Made by a program: the position numbers and the translations under genes. From positions 64,001 to 128,000 of the forward strand of contig JAPSGB010000011.1 in the NCBI GenBank assembly GCA_035063585.1: 64,000 nucleotides of DNA, written 5' to 3'. Under the pieces are notes generated by a model. It searched no databases. It saw only the letters and a list, made by a program, of their open reading frames with translations, and was not told the origin of the DNA. The DNA is from Polyangiaceae bacterium (GTDB lineage Bacteria > Myxococcota_A > Polyangia > Polyangiales > Polyangiaceae). Positions 62,748 through 64,000 of the stretch are shown here, piece after piece (the first letter of the stretch is position 1; every line of letters begins with the position of its first letter).

Positions 62748-62789
62748 TCCGGGCGTGTCACGCGCCCCGTGACTCGCGCCGCGCCGCCG

Positions 62790-62944
62790 GCCGCGCCGCG
62801 CTGACCATGGAGCAACGGAAATGTTCGTAGATGAACCTCGCCGGCCGCGCCGTGCTGACCATCAAGCAACGGATATGTTCATATATGAACATCGCGCCGC
62901 GCCGCGCTGACCACGGAGCAACGGAAATGTTCATAGATGAACCT
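62790..62944. repeat. Three 52-54 bp repeats, each with an AT-rich operator-like palindrome
   Basis: GCTGACCA..AGCAACGGA(A/T)ATGTTC(A/G)TA(T/G)ATGAAC x3; perfect ATGTTCATATATGAACAT at 62875-62892. Confidence 0.9.
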
Positions 62945-63849
62945 CACCGCGGCGCGCGCCGGCGGCGGCGGAGCGCGGCGCCGAGCGCGGTCGCGGCCGC
63001 GAACGCCAGGGGCCAGGGGCGCTGCCCCGCGCGGCCGGGCGCGCTCGCGCACGCGGTGCAGCCCTCGACTTCGTCGTCGCCCGCGCAGACCGTCGAGTAG
63101 CCATGGCGCGGCGTGTCGTCGCACCGGCCCGCGCTCCGCCCCGGCGGGTAGCTCGCGCAGATCCCCGCGACGTCGTCGCTCTCGAGGGTGCGGAGCGCGA
63201 CCGTGCCCTGGAAATAGCCGGGGGTCATGGTGGCGTCGGGGTCGCGCGGGTTGTGCGAGAGCCCGAGGAAGTGGCCGGCCTCGTGGGTCGCGATGGAGAG
63301 GAAGTCGAAGGCGATCCGCCCGTCCCCGAGGGTGATCTCGTTGTCGTGCGAGTTCACCTCGACGTCGGCGTCGTAGATTTCGCCGGTGCGGCGGTTATAA
63401 GTGACGGTCGTGAGCGCGAGGGTCGCGCCGGTGTCGTCGTAGGGCCAGTCGTCGTCGCGGAACATCCACACGTTGGCGTTGCCGTGGTTCGAGCTGTACT
63501 CCTGCCGATCGCAGCTCACGAGCCCGCGCGACACCACGCCGATCGACGGGCCCGCGCCCCCCGCGCAGGCGGCGCCCATCCAGCTCGAGAACCCCGCGCC
63601 GACGGCGAGCTCGGCGTCCTTCGCGCTGATCCCCCGGAGCGGCGAGCCATCGCGCTGCACGCTGTAGGACACGCACGCGCCCGCCCAGAAGAGCGGCTCT
63701 CCGCCGACCAGGCACCCGTTCGAGTCGGTCGAGCAGGGCGCGGCGGCGTCGCCCGGCTGGCAGGTGGTGGTGCGACAGAACGCGCGCGCCGGCGCCGCCG
63801 TGAGGAGCGCGAGCGCGGCGATCAGCAGCCCGCCCGGCCTACTTCGCAC
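62944..63849 (-). CDS. Matrixin-family Zn metalloprotease with MYXO-CTERM-like sorting signal
   Basis: Signal peptide, HEAGHFLGLSH, Met-turn ATM, C-terminal GC..hydrophobic..RRRRR. Confidence 0.9.
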   Translation of the reverse strand: MRSRPGGLLIAALALLTAAPARAFCRTTTCQPGDAAAPCSTDSNGCLVGGEPLFWAGACVSYSVQRDGSPLRGISAKDAELAVGAGFSSWMGAACAGGAGPSIGVVSRGLVSCDRQEYSSNHGNANVWMFRDDDWPYDDTGATLALTTVTYNRRTGEIYDADVEVNSHDNEITLGDGRIAFDFLSIATHEAGHFLGLSHNPRDPDATMTPGYFQGTVALRTLESDDVAGICASYPPGRSAGRCDDTPRHGYSTVCAGDDEVEGCTACASAPGRAGQRPWPLAFAAATALGAALRRRRRAPR

Positions 63850-64000
63850 GCGCCGCCTCTTCGATGAGCCGCGTGGCCTCGGGGAGCGCGCGCCCCGCGA
63901 GCGCGCGGGCCGCCGAGTCGCGCGCGTCGACCAGGGTCGCCCGCCAGGGGCTCGGGTGGAGCCGCACCACGCCCTGCGCGTCCGGCGCGAGCCGGAACTG
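63839..64000 (-). CDS. 3' end of a hypothetical protein upstream of the matrixin (partial)
   Basis: Open frame QFRLAPDAQG..EEAARAK* overlapping the matrixin start. Confidence 0.6.
   Translation of the reverse strand, partial: QFRLAPDAQGVVRLHPSPWRATLVDARDSAARALAGRALPEATRLIEEAARAK

Noticed and set aside
61707..62830. Repeat-protein ORFs within the array
   Set aside because: The unit lengths (73, 104, 124, 134) are not multiples of 3, so the same peptide appears in every frame; these ORFs are artefacts.
62875..62892. parS site
   Set aside because: It shares the TGTT..AACA ends but lacks the central CACGTG of the parS consensus.

Overview
This is very GC-rich chromosomal DNA (roughly 75% by eye), most likely from a Polyangiales-type myxobacterium. 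That assignment is inferred from a MYXO-CTERM matrixin, an AgmK-like giant TPR protein, TPR-PEGA proteins, Gly/Cys-rich lipoproteins and a membrane Ser/Thr kinase. In order, the window holds: a divergent Ser/Thr kinase and TPR-dynamin pair; the rpoN-hpf-ptsN-hprK-rapZ-ptsH-ptsI operon; an operon of 5'-nucleotidase, OB-fold lipoprotein and beta-barrel; rpsO-pnp; a coenzyme F420 cluster (LLM oxidoreductase, npdG, cofE-cofD-cofC, with no FO synthase in the window); LysR, xdhC, mocA, an hcrCAB-like molybdoenzyme and an orphan modC; pirin; a 3-hydroxyacyl-CoA dehydrogenase/thiolase pair bounded by a 29-bp direct repeat; pap; a ~3490-aa TPR protein; two esterases and several lipoproteins; a duplicated TPR-PEGA plus 14-Cys lipoprotein cassette; a CoA-disulfide reductase, tRNA-Phe, a pilT paralogue, bioB and a matrixin. 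The most unexplained element is a non-coding array at 61.6-62.9 kb. It has 12 palindromic 51-bp cores whose spacings are all near-integral numbers of helical turns, followed by three AT-rich operator-like palindromes. No CRISPR array, integrase or transposase was found. All calls come from reading motifs only; no database searches were run.
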